Shown: positions 1-12,180, counted from the first letter of the whole stretch. The stretch: DNA of 63,397 nt, filler included, from Octopus bimaculoides (GCF_001194135.2; 8 parts of 7 records of this genome joined end to end with filler, not necessarily neighbours in it), one strand, 5' to 3'. The notes: generated by a model from the letters alone, not told the origin. Program-made: numbers and translations.

Positions 1-37
<37 letters not shown>

Positions 38-1454
38 TGTAAAAAGCTACTGCAAAATCTCTTTAATTCAGAGTTCGCGGATAAGTAAATAGCCAGATAC
101 GATAATGATTCAAGTACATGTTATACACACACACACACACACACGTGTTACACATACACACTCACACATTTATACATATACAATAGCTACTTTTCGTTAT
201 TGAACACGACTTCCTCTCTCTTTATCTCTGCTTGAGTGTGTATCCACACACACACATACATGTATATGTGTGTATATATCTTTATCTATAAAATTCATAT
301 ATATATATATAGAGAGAGAGACACACACACACACACACACACCAAGCGCCATTATCACTCAACAGAGAGCCTCACTATTATCACCAACCCTCCTTCACCC
401 GCCACTATTATTCATTAATCAATATTATGATCAAGAGGGAAATCCCTCCCTGGCCATTCGGCCAAATCTCGTTCTCTCTCTCAAATGCATGAGATCAGTG
501 CTGGGCAATTTACGACCCGCGGGACTTTGTGAATCGGCACAGCTAACGAAATATCACTTTCGGTTTTCTAATTAGTTCNNNNNNNNNNNNNNNNNNNNNN
601 NNNNNNNNNNNNNNNNNNNNNNNNNNNNNNNNNNNNNNNNNNNNNNNNNNNNNNNNNNNNNNNNNNNNNNNNNNNNNNNNNNNNNNNNNNNNNNNNNNNN
701 NNNNNNNNNNNNNNNNNNNNNNNNNNNNNNNNNNNNNNNNNNNNNNNNNNNNNNNNNNNNNNNNNNNNNNNNNNNNNNNNNNNNNNNNNNNNNNNNNNNN
801 NNNNNNNNNNNNNNNNNNNNNNNNNNNNNNNNNNNNNNNNNNNNNNNNNNNNNNNNNNNNNNNNNNNNNNNNNNNNNNNNNNNNNNNNNCATCAGACCCC
901 TGTAACGGGGTCATAGGCAGTGCTTTTTCTCATGGTTAAAAAATAATAATAATAATAAATAGATAAATAAAAAAAATAATAAAATGCTGTCTTAAAATAA
1001 TTGGGGGAAAACCCCTCAGGAAATTGATAATGTAAGTCCTTCGTACGGTGTTCGAATAGATGGCTCGGTGATTTGTGATTGGAGTATCTTTGTTTGACAC
1101 GGCCGAACTGACGGCGATGGGGGGGGGAGGTTCTTTTACACAACACCATCGACACCATCACGACCACCGCCACCGCCATCATCACGACCACCGCCACCGC
1201 CAACATCACTATAAGCGCCGCTTCTATCATCACCACCGTCGCCGCCATCTCGGTTCATCACTACGACTACGACGGCGACTACCACCACCACCACCACGGT
1301 GGCCTACTATTATTGTGTCTACCTGATTCTGTCTGTCTGTCCGTTTGCCTGTCTGTCTGGATCTTGCGAATATTTGTCTGTCTGTCGTAGAAAATAAACG
1401 TTGAGTGGTTCTTCCTTGTTTGTTCGCTGCCGCCAGACAGTTATCTGTTGCACA

Positions 1455-2160
1455 CACACACACACACACACAGACATTTGGCTTGCTATTACTGGAGCTG
1501 CTGCTGCTGCGGCTTCTACTACTACTACTACTATTATTATTACTTCCACTACAGCTGTTAGTGGTGATGTTGCTGTCATTTTTGGTAAGGATGGTTGGTT
1601 GGTTGCCTCTTACTAATCACTGCCACCGTTATCTTATTATTGTTTTCTCCCTAATCAGACCTGACTATTGCTATGCAGGCCTTTTTTGATCAAAGGCGTT
1701 CCAGCCACGATCATCCCGTCTTTTCATTCTTTTAAACATATCCAATATGTCCGCTCCCCCCTCTCTCTCTTCTTTTTAAAGACAATATGTTCTGTGTCGG
1801 AGGATGTTTGGCTGCTATTTCTAGCAAGATGAGCTAGCACGCAGAAAGGGTTGGCTGGTTATTTGGACTCCTCTACTACTACCACCACTACTACTACTGC
1901 TGCTGCTGTTATGGTTATGTTCCTATTTATTGGTGGTAAGCCTGGCTGGATGGCTACTACTACTACTACTACTACTACTGCTGCTGTTATTGGTTGTGTA
2001 GCTCTAACTGCTTAAGGTGGTAGTAATATTCTTCCTGTTGTTGTTGTTGGTGGTGGTGGTAGTAGTGGTGCTGATGGCGTTACCACTGTTGTTATTGGTG
2101 GCTGCTGCTGTTGTAGCTACTACTACAGCTGTTGTTGGAACAGCTATTGTTGCTTCCCCC
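1455..2160. repeat. Compound (CA)n/(CTA)n/(CTG)n/(GTT)n/(GGT)n low-complexity tract
   Basis: Visible di- and trinucleotide runs. Confidence 0.85.
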
Positions 2161-2214
2161 TTCTCCCCACCACCGCATCTTTCCCACTAGAAAAGAGCAT
2201 CGCACTGAAATTAA

Positions 2215-2530
2215 CCACACATACACACGTTCATACATACATGCATACATACACAGATACATACATAGCTGCATGCATACACACACATACATAGCTGCAT
2301 GCACACACACATACATAGCTGCAAACATACACACATACATAGCTGCATACATACACACATAGCTGCATACATACACACACATACATAGCTGCATACATAC
2401 ACACATACATACATAGCTGCATGCATACACACATACATACATAGCTGCATGCATACACACATACATAGCTCCAAACATACACACATACATACATAGCTGC
2501 ATACATACATGCATACACACTTACATACAC
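2215..2530. repeat. Degenerate minisatellite built on CATACATAGCTGCAT units
   Basis: About a dozen recurrences of catacatagctgca separated by (CA)/(CATA) filler. Confidence 0.9.
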
Positions 2531-2784
2531 AATAATGATGCATTTTAACGTTTAAGTTGACAGTCTTGAAAATCGAGGATATTTCAAGCAAAAGAATGCA
2601 ACGAACTAGCAACCACTTTCAAAAATGCAGTCTGTAAGAGGAACGGTAAAACCATGTAAGTCCTTCCTAAAGTTCAACGTGTGACAACTCACCATTGTTG
2701 TTATTGGAATTCAAGTGGCGGGGCTTTGTTTCTTTGTTTGAAACAAGCTCCTTCTTTCCTTCATCATCATCATCGTCATTTTAA

Positions 2785-2960
2785 CATCCACAGGCATGGC
2801 TACAGGTGTGGATGTGTGGTAAGAAGTTTGCTTCTGAACTATATGCTTTCAAGTTCAGTCCCACTGCATGGCACCATGGGCAGCTGTCTTCTGCTATAAC
2901 ACTGGGCTGACCAAAGCCTTGTGAGTGAATATGGGAGACAAACCGAAAAATGCCTATTGT
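2785..2960 (+). mobile_element. tRNA-derived SINE, family A, 5' part
   Basis: gtgtggtaagaagtttgc...gttcagtcccactgc...ccaaagccttgtgagtg, repeated many times in the window. Confidence 0.8.
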
Positions 2961-2975
2961 TTGTGTATAGGTATA

Positions 2976-3303
2976 AAGACCCCCCTTCAATCATGAATGC
3001 CCATGGGATTGCACCTAAAAAGTTTCCCTTCAAGGTACAAGTCCAGGTAAGATTGTTTATGGAAGACCAGCGGTCACCCATGCATACCAGCCTCCCCTCT
3101 CCATGCTACCGATGTTATGCGAGGGAAATGCAAAGGGGCCAATACAGCTTGGCACCAGTGACATCACAACTCATTTCTACAGCTGAGTAAACTGGAGCAA
3201 CGTGAAATAAATTGTCTTGCTCAAGAACACAACACACTGCCCAGTCCAGGAATCGAGCTCACTACCTCATGATTGTGAGCCCAATGCTCTAACCACTGAG
3301 CTA
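2976..3303 (-). mobile_element. tRNA-derived SINE, family B
   Basis: Reverse complement of 5137-5470; A-box TAGCTCAGTGGTT and a B-box-like motif on the minus strand. Confidence 0.85.
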
Positions 3304-3310
3304 GAATATG

Positions 3311-3353
<43 letters not shown>

Positions 3354-3613
3354 GTGTGTTTGAGTGTGTGCACATGTCACTGTTTCCTTGCCTTGAGACA
3401 TCATGTAATAGTCGTAAATGTGTGTCTCAGTCAAGCAAACAATGTCCTTTGTTTCTAATCTTCTGTGGAAATATATCTGGTCATGAGGAAATATCACCCT
3501 TACAGGTGAGGGTTTGTAACAGGAAAAGCACCTGACCGTAGAAAATCTGCCTCAACAAATTCCATTCAACATGCTCAAGTTCATGCCGTTGAATGACTTA
3601 CATATGTACATGA

Positions 3614-3700
3614 CTAACTTAAAAGCCATACTGCATGCAGTCTGGCTCCTGTGGAGCGCTAATTGGGCCTGCAGCCCAAAATCATAGGAAGCTAAATAGC
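3614..3700 (-). mobile_element. Helitron 3'-end fragment (family of 22835 and 7592)
   Basis: actaacttaaaagcc...ctaattgggcctgcagcccaaaa matches 22834-22915. Confidence 0.5.
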
Positions 3701-3789
3701 TTGACTATAATACGTCTATAATGACTATATGCCCCGGTGGTGTTTGATCAGAGGTAAAGGATGGATGAGAAACCATGCCTAAACAAACA

Positions 3790-3882
3790 GGAAGTCTAAA
3801 CAGCCCTTCAGCTGGTCAGCTCCTGCCAAACTGTCCGACCCATGCTGGCATGGAAAACAGATATTAAATGATGATGATGATG
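3790..3882 (+). mobile_element. RTE-type 3' tail ending in (GAT)n
   Basis: ccgacccatgctggcatggaaaacagatattaaatgatgatgatgatg is similar to the 3' end of the RTE at 16861. Confidence 0.65.
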
Positions 3883-3911
3883 TTTTCTCAGCCATAATCT
3901 GCAACTAACTT

Positions 3912-4140
3912 GGTGGAGGCTTAGTGGTTAGGGTGTCAAACACATGATTGTAAAATTGTGGTTTCGATTCCTGGACCAGGCAATGCTTTGTGTTCTTGAG
4001 CAAAACACTTCATTTCACGTCGTTCCAGTCCACCCAGTTGACAAAAATGAGTAATCCTTCAACCGACCAGCCTCCTGTCCAGGCAGGGAATTTATACGCC
4101 TTGTAACCAGGAAACCGGCCCTTATGAGTTGGTATGACTG
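3912..4140 (+). mobile_element. tRNA-derived SINE, family C
   Basis: ggcttagtggttagggtg (A box), ggtttcgattcc (B box); homologous to 14760-15007 (-). Confidence 0.85.
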
Positions 4141-4159
4141 GAGAAGATAATTTTACTTT

Positions 4160-4395
4160 TGTGGAGGCACATGGCTTAGCGGTAGGGTGTTGGACTCATG
4201 GCTTAGCGGTCGGGTGTTGTGGTTTCAATTCCTGGACTGGGCAACGTGTTATGTTCTTGAGCAAAATTATTCATTTCACATTGTTCCACTCCACTCAGCT
4301 GGCAGAAATGAGTATTCCTGAGACAAACTGGCATCGCATTCTGCAGAAGAATATACATGCCACAGAAATTGGGGAACTGGCCCTGCAAGCCTATA
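4160..4395 (+). mobile_element. tRNA-derived SINE, family C, tandem second copy
   Basis: gtggaggcacatggcttagcggtagggtg...ggtttcaattcctggactgg; short internal duplication of the head. Confidence 0.8.
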
Positions 4396-4399
4396 TGAC

Positions 4400-4700
4400 T
4401 AAAACCCCTACAATTTGACACCAAGAAACACTGCTTGATTTATATTCCATATGTCTAGCTCTCTTGTATACAACAGCCAACACAGTTGATACCCATTCAT
4501 ACTCATCCATCTTCTGAAGACCAGTATCCCTACCCTGGAACAAACACAAATATCCAAAAGTAACCTCATTAATTTCAAAAGCTCTGCTGGGATAGATGGA
4601 CACCCCATCAGATAAGCACAGAACAACTAAAACTGTTGCTGTACTCTGAGTACACACCTTATCTGCCTCGGCTGTGATCATCACCCCAAACCCCACAAGA
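4400..4700 (-). pseudogene. Possible very degenerate LINE RT fragment
   Basis: Minus frame gives GCPSIPAELLK...VGILVFRRW...LLY, loosely like the GPDGIPAELLK...W...PLYK start of LINE RTs. Confidence 0.3.
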
Positions 4701-5136
4701 TTCAGTAGTATACAAGGGAGCCTCTAATGATTGTTCACAGAAATAACAGCCTAATTCTCGTCAAACCATGCTCTCCTTATTATCACCTTACTAGTACTTG
4801 TACATGTGGCAGAATTCATCCAGGAAGGGTTGAGCCAGCTCTGAGCAATGAGCTCACCACATCTGACAGTTGTCCCTAACATTCCAATAGGCAAAGTAAT
4901 GCTTTTGCCTGTGGCCCAAGTATCCATCTTACAAATTTGACAAATACTCCACTAGGAGGGCAAACACACTGTAGCCGTAGTCGTCAATCATTGTTTAGGT
5001 GTAGAGCTCATGTTTGAATTTTCAGTGAGAATATAGATTTACATGTGGTCTCTGGTCATCATCATAACTCCACTTTCAATACATTGCTGGGTTGTCATAG
5101 TCCAAGCGAGTTCTTATATATAGTTACTGTCCTCTG

Positions 5137-5470
5137 TGAAGGCGCATAGCTCAGTGGTTAGAGCATCGTGTTCACTATCAAGAGGTAGTGAGTTCAATTC
5201 CCGGACCAGGCTGTGTGTTGTGTTCTTGAGCAAGACACTTTATTTCACGTTGCTCCAGTTCACTCAGCTGTAGAAATGAGTTGCAACATCACTGGTGCCA
5301 AGCTGTATCAGCCTTTGACTTTCCCTTGGATAACATTGGTGGTGTGGAGAGGGGAGGCCGGTATGCATGGGTGACTGTTGGTCTTCCATAAACAACCTTG
5401 CCCGGACTTGTGCCTCAGGGAGTAACTTTCAAGGTGCAATCCCATGGTCATTCTTGACTGAAGGGAGTCA
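5137..5470 (+). mobile_element. tRNA-derived SINE, family B, near full length
   Basis: catagctcagtggttagagc (A box), gagttcaattcc (B box); homologous to 2976-3303 (-) and 58640-58920 (+). Confidence 0.85.
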
Positions 5471-5968
5471 TTACCCTTACCCTTTTGCCAGCAGCTAATA
5501 TACACGTGTGTGCGTGTGTACAATGACCTTACATCAGTTTCCCTCACAAGGCCTGGGCTATAGGAGAAGCCACTTACCCTGGGTGACAGGCAGCAGGACT
5601 GAACCTGAACCCATATAGTTAGGAAGCAAATTTCTTAACCCAACAGCCATGGCATCTTAAAAGAAAAATAAAGGATACATTGAATTATATAGTCTTGAAT
5701 ATAAGCTGGGATGGCCCTGGTTGGAACTTTTTTTTTTTATCATAAGCCTGTTCTGTCATTACTGACCTTGGGCTAAACAGCAACAGACATGCTAGAACAA
5801 AATGAACTTTGTAGGAAATGCAAGATGCCAAGATGTCAGACTGCATTTCATACAATAAATCTCTGTATGCCAGAGTTCACTGTGTGGTTTTTCAATCACA
5901 TGGAGAGACAGACAGACAGACAGAGTTGGTATATCTAGATCACAAGATCTGGTGATCACACTTAGTCC

Positions 5969-6540
5969 TTAACCCTTTTGATACCAAAACGTTTGAGACT
6001 GCTCTGAGTTCTGTAATATAAACATCCTGTTTTTAAAATAATCTAAATTAAAATCTTCCATCAAAATTCTAAGTTAATTCGCCTTATCTTGATAATGCCA
6101 GTTATTTTACTAAGTTCTTCATTATTATCAAAATCAATCCATAATACAAACTTCTCGCTTAAAAATAACCTATCAAAATTCTATGCTAATTTAAATTCCA
6201 AAATTCATCATAATGACAGTTATTTTCCTAAATTCGTCATTATTGTCAAAATTAATCCATAATACAAATTTTTTGTTTTAAAATAATCTAAATTAAAACC
6301 TACCATCAAAATTCTGTGTTAATTCATCTTATCTTAATAATGACAGTTATTTTCCTAAATTTTTCATTATTGCCAAAATTAATCCATAATATGAATTTCT
6401 CCCTTAAAAATAATCTAAATTTAAACCTATTAAAATTCTATGTTAATTTACATTCCAAAATTTATCTTAATGACAGTTATTTTCCTAAATTCTTCATTAT
6501 TGTCAAAATTAATTGAATAAAGGGAGTATATTTTAACAGA
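5969..6540 (+). mobile_element. TTAA-CCC-starting (piggyBac-like) non-autonomous element carrying four tandem 118-130 bp units
   Basis: TTAA|CCCTTTTGATACC at 5969; unit marker g(a/c)cagttatttt at 6097, 6215, 6342, 6472. Confidence 0.55.
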
Positions 6541-7241
6541 TGTCTTGGGTGTGACTTTAAACTGCATCTGGTAGTGGCGCACTGGTTCAGACATTCCAGT
6601 AATGTTAGTTAGTATTGTTCCCAGATCTGCTCTGCCCTGGAGTAGTAACATCTGTCAGGGTCTCAGCTTGTAAGTGTAGATATCCCTCTGCCCCCATATT
6701 ATATCCCTCAATATCCCACCCTCACTTGCTGTCACCAAAGATATCCTATTGTGTAAATGTCCATATCTTAATCCTCCTATAGCATTAATATCATGTCCAG
6801 ATAATTCACTATAGGGAAATTGGCCAAAAAACAAAGTCACCGTATGGACAATGATAAAGCACATTACATCAGCATTTTTTAGAATAAAGAAAAAATAATG
6901 ATAGAAGGTTTTATAAAAGCGTTAAATAAGCAAGTCTTTTATTCAACATCAAACATTAAAAAAATGTGATGAGGTCGTTTAAAGCAAAATTTCTTATGAC
7001 GAATTTTCACATGGCAAAGATGTTTACAATGAAATTACCTTTAATAAGCTGGAGAAAGCCAGAAGTCTGAACATGTAAGGGTCTTTGGTAAGAAAGGGCT
7101 GCAGATGTGTCCAGAAAATTTGCCGTAAGACAAATTCACCATTTGGACAGTGATAAAGCCTGATATAATTATCAGTAAATACTGATATAATTATCAATAT
7201 TTATTAGAATATAAAAAAAATAAGAATGATAAGCCTTTTTG

Positions 7242-7570
7242 CATTCAAGTGTCTTCTACTATAGTCTCGGGCTGACCAAAGCCTTATGAGTGGATTTGGT
7301 AGACGGAAACTGAAAGAAGCCCATCATATATATATATATGTATGTATGTATGTGTGTTTGTGTATCTGTGGTTGTACTCCCACCATCGCTTGACAACCAA
7401 TGTTGGTGTGTTTACATCCTTGTAACTTAGCAGTTCGACAAAAGAGACCAATAGAATAAGTACTAGGCTTACAAAGAATAAGTCCTGGGGTCGATTTGTT
7501 CGACTAAAGGCGGTGCTCCAGCATGGCCGCAGTCAAATGACTGAAACAAATAAAAGAATAAAAGAATATC
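7242..7570 (+). mobile_element. tRNA-derived SINE, family A, 5'-truncated
   Basis: Body and tail ggcggtgctccagcatggccgcagtcaaatgactgaaacaaataaaagaata shared with other copies. Confidence 0.85.
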
Positions 7571-7591
7571 AAATACAATGCTTACTCATTC

Positions 7592-7720
7592 ATTAGCTTA
7601 AAAGCCGCACTCCATGCGGACTTTTAAGATAGCTCTTGCTGAGGTCTAATGGGGCCCTATGGCCCAAAACTAAAGAGAGCAATGATAAAGCATTTATTGG
7701 TACCCTACCAATATGGTATT
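7592..7720 (-). mobile_element. Helitron 3'-end fragment
   Basis: tagcttaaaagccgcactccatgcggacttttaagatagc palindrome and flank match 22834-22950. Confidence 0.6.
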
Positions 7721-7959
7721 ACTTGAAATTCAATTTAAATGAAAAACTTTCTAAGTTCACAAATTTTGGGAGTTCTTTTAAAATTTGAATTTTCATCTGT
7801 TAGCATACAAGTCCTCATCCAGACCTGATCCCGATGCTGGATGTTCAAGAACCAAATGAAGGGCAGATTTTCAATCCTGGGGTCATTCTGATTCCAAAAA
7901 GGTATATGTCTATGTAGAGCAAATGTAGGCTGAGAAACAGGGGTCCTGGGCAGAGGGGC

Positions 7960-8160
7960 TGACAGAATTTTGCATTCGTTATTATAGATATTGGTTGGAG
8001 TTAATCATGCATTATCTCATAGCTTTGAGATTTCAAAGATGGGATTGTTTATTTTTGGACTGACATTGTAGGGTAGGTATGAAAAGCTGGATCAAGCCAG
8101 TTTGAACATAAAACAGCATGTTTTGGCTGGATGTGGCCAGTTTAAATCCTAAAGGATTAA
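7960..8160 (+). mobile_element. TTAA-ended MITE (piggyBac-like), degenerate
   Basis: Ends aaatcctaaaggattaa; reverse-complement homolog at 9422-9885. Confidence 0.65.
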
Positions 8161-8814
8161 ATCTCAATGCACTGATTAAATGTTTTGCATACTAATGAGC
8201 AGATACAAAAAGAATTTGTTATAAACTAATTGATTAAATTAAAATGTTTGCTGCCCAACCACATAGCTCCAGGTTCAGTCCCACTGCTTGGCACCTTGGG
8301 CAAGTGTCTTCTACTATAGCCTCAGGCTGGCCAAAGCCCTGTGTCACCAGCACAAGTGATTTTGGTGTGGCACCAGTATCAATTCTGCTGTGTCGGATGG
8401 GTCTCTTGAGGACAGCAATGCCCCTCGTAAGGATCAGTAAATGTGATAAAATAAATAAGCATTATATTAGACAGAGTAATTTGAATACTAAAGGGTCTCC
8501 AAAGCAGTGTGAAATTAATAATCAAGGGCCGACCCCTCATTAGTCCCGTCTTGTTGGTGACCCTCTGTGGGTTATGAACTTGCAAATTTTAAATTCATAA
8601 TCAGAATTGTATTAGTGACTTACTCTTTTTTTTCTTTCTTTTTTTTTTTTGTGCCTTTTTTCACTCAATTTCTTCATGTGTGTGGGTTGGATTGTTCTGT
8701 AAACTTAGACACTAACAAACACTCAAGACTTTATCAATTCATCTCTAACCACCCAAGAGTGTGTGGGGTTGTTGTTTTGTTGTTGGGGTCATTGGTAGAG
8801 TGTATGCCATAGAT

Positions 8815-8876
8815 GTGTGTGTGTGTGTGTATTACCAACAATGTGCGTATTATTAGAAATTGTGTGTTTGCTGGTA

Positions 8877-8911
<35 letters not shown>

Positions 8912-9050
8912 GCTGGTAATGTGTGTGTATTGTCGAAATTGTGTATTTCTGGTAATGTATGTATGTGTTATTTAACATATATGTTGGTAATGTGTATGTG
9001 TATGTGTTATTTAAAATGTGTGTGTCTTGCTGATAATGTGTGTGTGTTTA
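8815..9050. repeat. (TG)n minisatellite with recurrent TGCTGGTAATG motif
   Basis: tgctggtaatgtgtg and variants repeated about six times. Confidence 0.8.
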
Positions 9051-9421
9051 TTTCATAGCTGAGGCTCTGTATATATTTCTTAATTGTATTTTTTATGTTG
9101 CTGTTTTCATTATTTTCCTCTTTACTGCCATACACCTCTCTTTATTAATTTCCCTTAATCCCCTTTAAATACTGCCCCCTAGACTTAAATCATTATCCTC
9201 CTTAATTGTGCCTCACTTGCCCCTTTATCACTCATTAAAACCACATCTAAATCTCCTTCTTCTCCCCACCAAAATTCCTTAAAAAATCTATACATTAAAG
9301 TCTTTCATAATCACCCCAGTCTTTGCAACCCTAATTCTCATCCTTAGGGCATTGGTCCTCTCAAGAAAATCTCAGTGCACTCTGCATGTTAGTGGAAAAT
9401 CACTGAGGCAAGGGGGGAAGT

Positions 9422-9885
9422 CTAACTCTTTAGTCTTTCAACCGGCCATATCCATCCCAAAATATCCTAGCTGTTTTATGTTCAGACTGACCAGATCTGG
9501 CCTCTCACACTTATCCTATTATGTTATTCTAAAAATAAACAATCACATCATTGAGACCTTGAAGCTATGAGATAATGCAAGATTAATACAAAATAATCCT
9601 TTCTATTATAGGCATAAGGCCTGAAATTTGTGAGGAGGGGGTAGGTTGATTACATCGACTCCAGTGCGTAACTGGTATTTAATTTATTGAGCTAGAAAAA
9701 ATGAAAGGTAAGGTCGACCTCAGTGGAATTTGAACTCAGAATGTAAAGACAGACGAAATGCCGCTAAGCATTTTGCCCAGCGTGCTAACGATTCTGCCAG
9801 CCTGCCACTTTATGATGAATACAAAATAATGTAAATAAATAACCATGGAAATTTTGACAGAATAAACCGAATGCTAAAGGGTTAA
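9422..9885 (-). mobile_element. TTAA-ended MITE interrupted by a SINE
   Basis: Terminus atgctaaagggttaa at 9871-9885; interrupted at 9598-9817. Confidence 0.7.
9598..9817 (-). mobile_element. SINE family D with 13-bp target-site duplication
   Basis: AATACAAAATAAT at 9585-9597 and 9818-9830. Confidence 0.85.
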
Positions 9886-10149
9886 GTATCTTGGGGGGGG
9901 GGGGCATAGTCATGAGTGATGGGGAGGAGGAGTGTGTATTGGATGCTAGAATTACAGTTCCTGGAGCAGCAATGCATCAGCGCCAGTATTTGGTCCTCAG
10001 AAGATGAGAGGTTGATAAAAGAAAAAAAAAGCTAAATTCGGTTTACTCAGGAACATTGGGTAACGATCGAATGATTACGATCGTGAATACAAGCAGACAA
10101 AATGGGGTGGGGTTCTTTCAAATGATCTCTGGAGTAATGTTGCTAGATA

Positions 10150-10830
10150 GGGGTGGGTAGCTCAGGGATCAGGGAGTCTCTCTCCACATCAAAGCTGCTA
10201 CTTTTCTGCATTGAGAAGTCACAGGAAAGAACCACAAGATGGATTTTTCAAGCTGAGCCAACTGGTAGGAGACCTAGCGGTAGACCAAGAATGAGACGGT
10301 CGAATAATTTACATTGTCTCAGTTGGTCATGCTTGAGAATCTAGTCAGAAAGTGTAAAGACAGTTACTTCTTCAGGACCCTGTGGAGAAGGGGGGGGGGG
10401 GGCTAAGGAATCTACCCCCCCATGATCCTCCCAGGAATAGCAAGCACAGAGAAGATGGATGGATCGACTATTACTCTAGTTCTTTACTATTTCCCCATCT
10501 TTGATCCCTTTTTATCTCTTATCTCCATAGTGATGATGATGATGTACAATAAGACATATTGCCAAAGTTATACCAACACCACTGCTCCTCCCCACCAGAG
10601 TTCCACAACTACCTCCCTGCAAGTTCTTTCTGCTCTCCCCTACTCATTGATGCCCCTTTGTGATGATGATGATGATGATGAAAATACCGATGTACAATGA
10701 AACTATTGTCTAATGCTTGCCTTCTTTTCTTTTTCTCTTTCTCTCTCCCTGTCAGCAGCCGGTTATCAAGATCCCCAAATTGCGCCGTCATCAGGTTGGT
10801 TAACCCTCCGTTCTACCTCAACTCTAAAAA
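10150..10830 (+). mobile_element. Degenerate LINE 3' region
   Basis: EPTGRRPSGRPRMRR motif (P.G.R..GRPR) typical of LINE RT C-termini, followed by UTR-like sequence. Confidence 0.4.
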
Positions 10831-10949
10831 CAAACAAATATTAAGCAATATTTACCCAATGGTTACTTAAGACAAATATTTAATAATTAATGTATTTAAA
10901 TCACCATTTTTGATTGTCATCTTCGAGCTTACACACCCTTCTGTCTTTT

Positions 10950-11235
10950 GTCTTTAACTTGTTTCAATCATTAGACTGTGGTCATGCTGGGGCACTGCCC
11001 AGGAGAATTTTTAGTCAAACGAATCAACACCAATACTTCTTTTTTTTTTTTTTTTTTAAGACTGATATTCATTCTATCGGTCTCTTTTACTGAACTGCTA
11101 AGTTACAGGGATGTAAACACACCGACACCAGTGGTGGGAGATAAACACAGACACAAAGACAAACATACACACACACATACGATCATACGATAGGCTTCTT
11201 TTAGTTTCCTTCTGCCAAGTCCACAGCCATACCTG
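10950..11235 (-). mobile_element. SINE family A
   Basis: Reverse complement of the family A tail and body. Confidence 0.8.
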
Positions 11236-11416
11236 TTTTATCTTTAATTATTTTTTTTTCTCTTTTATTTACTAAATGCTTTATTCTAACCTATATCCTC
11301 ATGACGATCTTAATCCATATGCTTGATACAGATCTTGATGTCGAAGAATTACAATAAAAACAAAACAAAAAAAAAGGACCAAAGTGTTTTCACATAATAA
11401 TTCTTGTGTTTTGCAG

Positions 11417-11606
11417 TACCAGCCACTCAACAGACACCATCAACTCAATTGGTGGAATTCACTAGTCCACCACGACCAAATGTCGGTCTTTTAGGAAGAA
11501 CCATACAGCTACGGGCGAATTACTTTAAGATATCTATTCCCAAAGGTTATATACATCATTATGATGTCTGTATTACCCCTGATAAATGCCCTCGACGTGT
11601 CAACAG
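11417..11606 (+). CDS. AGO2: Argonaute (miRNA-class AGO1/AGO2-like) internal coding exon, N-terminal region; equivalent to human AGO2 exon 2
   Basis: Translates (V)PATQQTPSTQLVEFTSPPRPNVGLLGRTIQLRANYFKISIPKGYIHHYDVCITPDKCPRRVN(R). PRP..G..GR.I.LRAN.F and HYD..I.PDKCPRRVNR are hallmarks of the AGO N-domain. Acceptor ttttgcag at 11416 (phase 1), donor AG|GTAACT at 11607 (phase 2). Paralog number cannot be fixed from two exons. Confidence 0.95.
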
Positions 11607-11944
11607 GTAACTATGACAACTGCTTCTTTTTTCTTTTCTTTTTTTCTTGCCTATGTGTGTGTGTGTGTGTTCGTTTTTTAATTTATTTATTTAATTATTG
11701 TCATATCGGTTTAAAGTTTACTTTTTCTATGCCTGCATGAATCAGACAAAATTGTCATCTCTTTGTTATGGAGGTAAGGAGACTTTGGTGCCGCTAATGC
11801 TAACTTATTTTGACATCTGGTATTTTAATGTTTCTCTCTTTTTCTCTCTCTCTCTCTCTCTTTATATATATATATATATGTACGTATGTATGTACGTATG
11901 TACGTATGTATGCACGCTAAAGGGTTAAACCAATTTAACTATTC

Positions 11945-12040
11945 TTTTCTACTCTAGGCACAAGGCCCGAAATTTTAGGGGAGGTGGGTGCCATTCGATT
12001 AGATTAACTCCAGTATGCAACTGGTACCTAATTTCAATAG
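11945..12040 (-). mobile_element. SINE family D 3' fragment inside the short Argonaute intron
   Basis: tactctaggcacaaggcccgaaatttt...gcaactggtac matches 9598 and 14055 copies. Confidence 0.75.
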
Positions 12041-12180
12041 ATATTTTGACATCTGTATATATATTTATTTTATTTGTACCTCTATATGCAAACTGAATCC
12101 TGATATGTTTAAATAATAATAATAATAATAATGATGATGATGATGATTATGATAATAATGTTCTGTTATAAGAGAAAGCA

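Noticed and set aside
236-2612. ORFs rich in YI/HT/CV/MYVC, poly-His or poly-Leu, here and throughout the ORF track
   Set aside because: Translations of microsatellites or N gaps; no splice or homology support.
5137-5215. tRNA-like A and B boxes, also at 3912, 4160, 14940 and 58645
   Set aside because: They continue into shared SINE bodies and I could not fold a full cloverleaf; not tRNA genes.
6550-6870. Possible Penelope-like FPIVN remnant on the minus strand
   Set aside because: Only a 5-residue resemblance; too degenerate to support.
7804-7901. Exon-like open segment (MLDVQEPNEGQIFNPGVILIPK) with AG/GT ends
   Set aside because: Ends in phase 2, incompatible with the phase-1 Argonaute acceptor; no recognisable homology.
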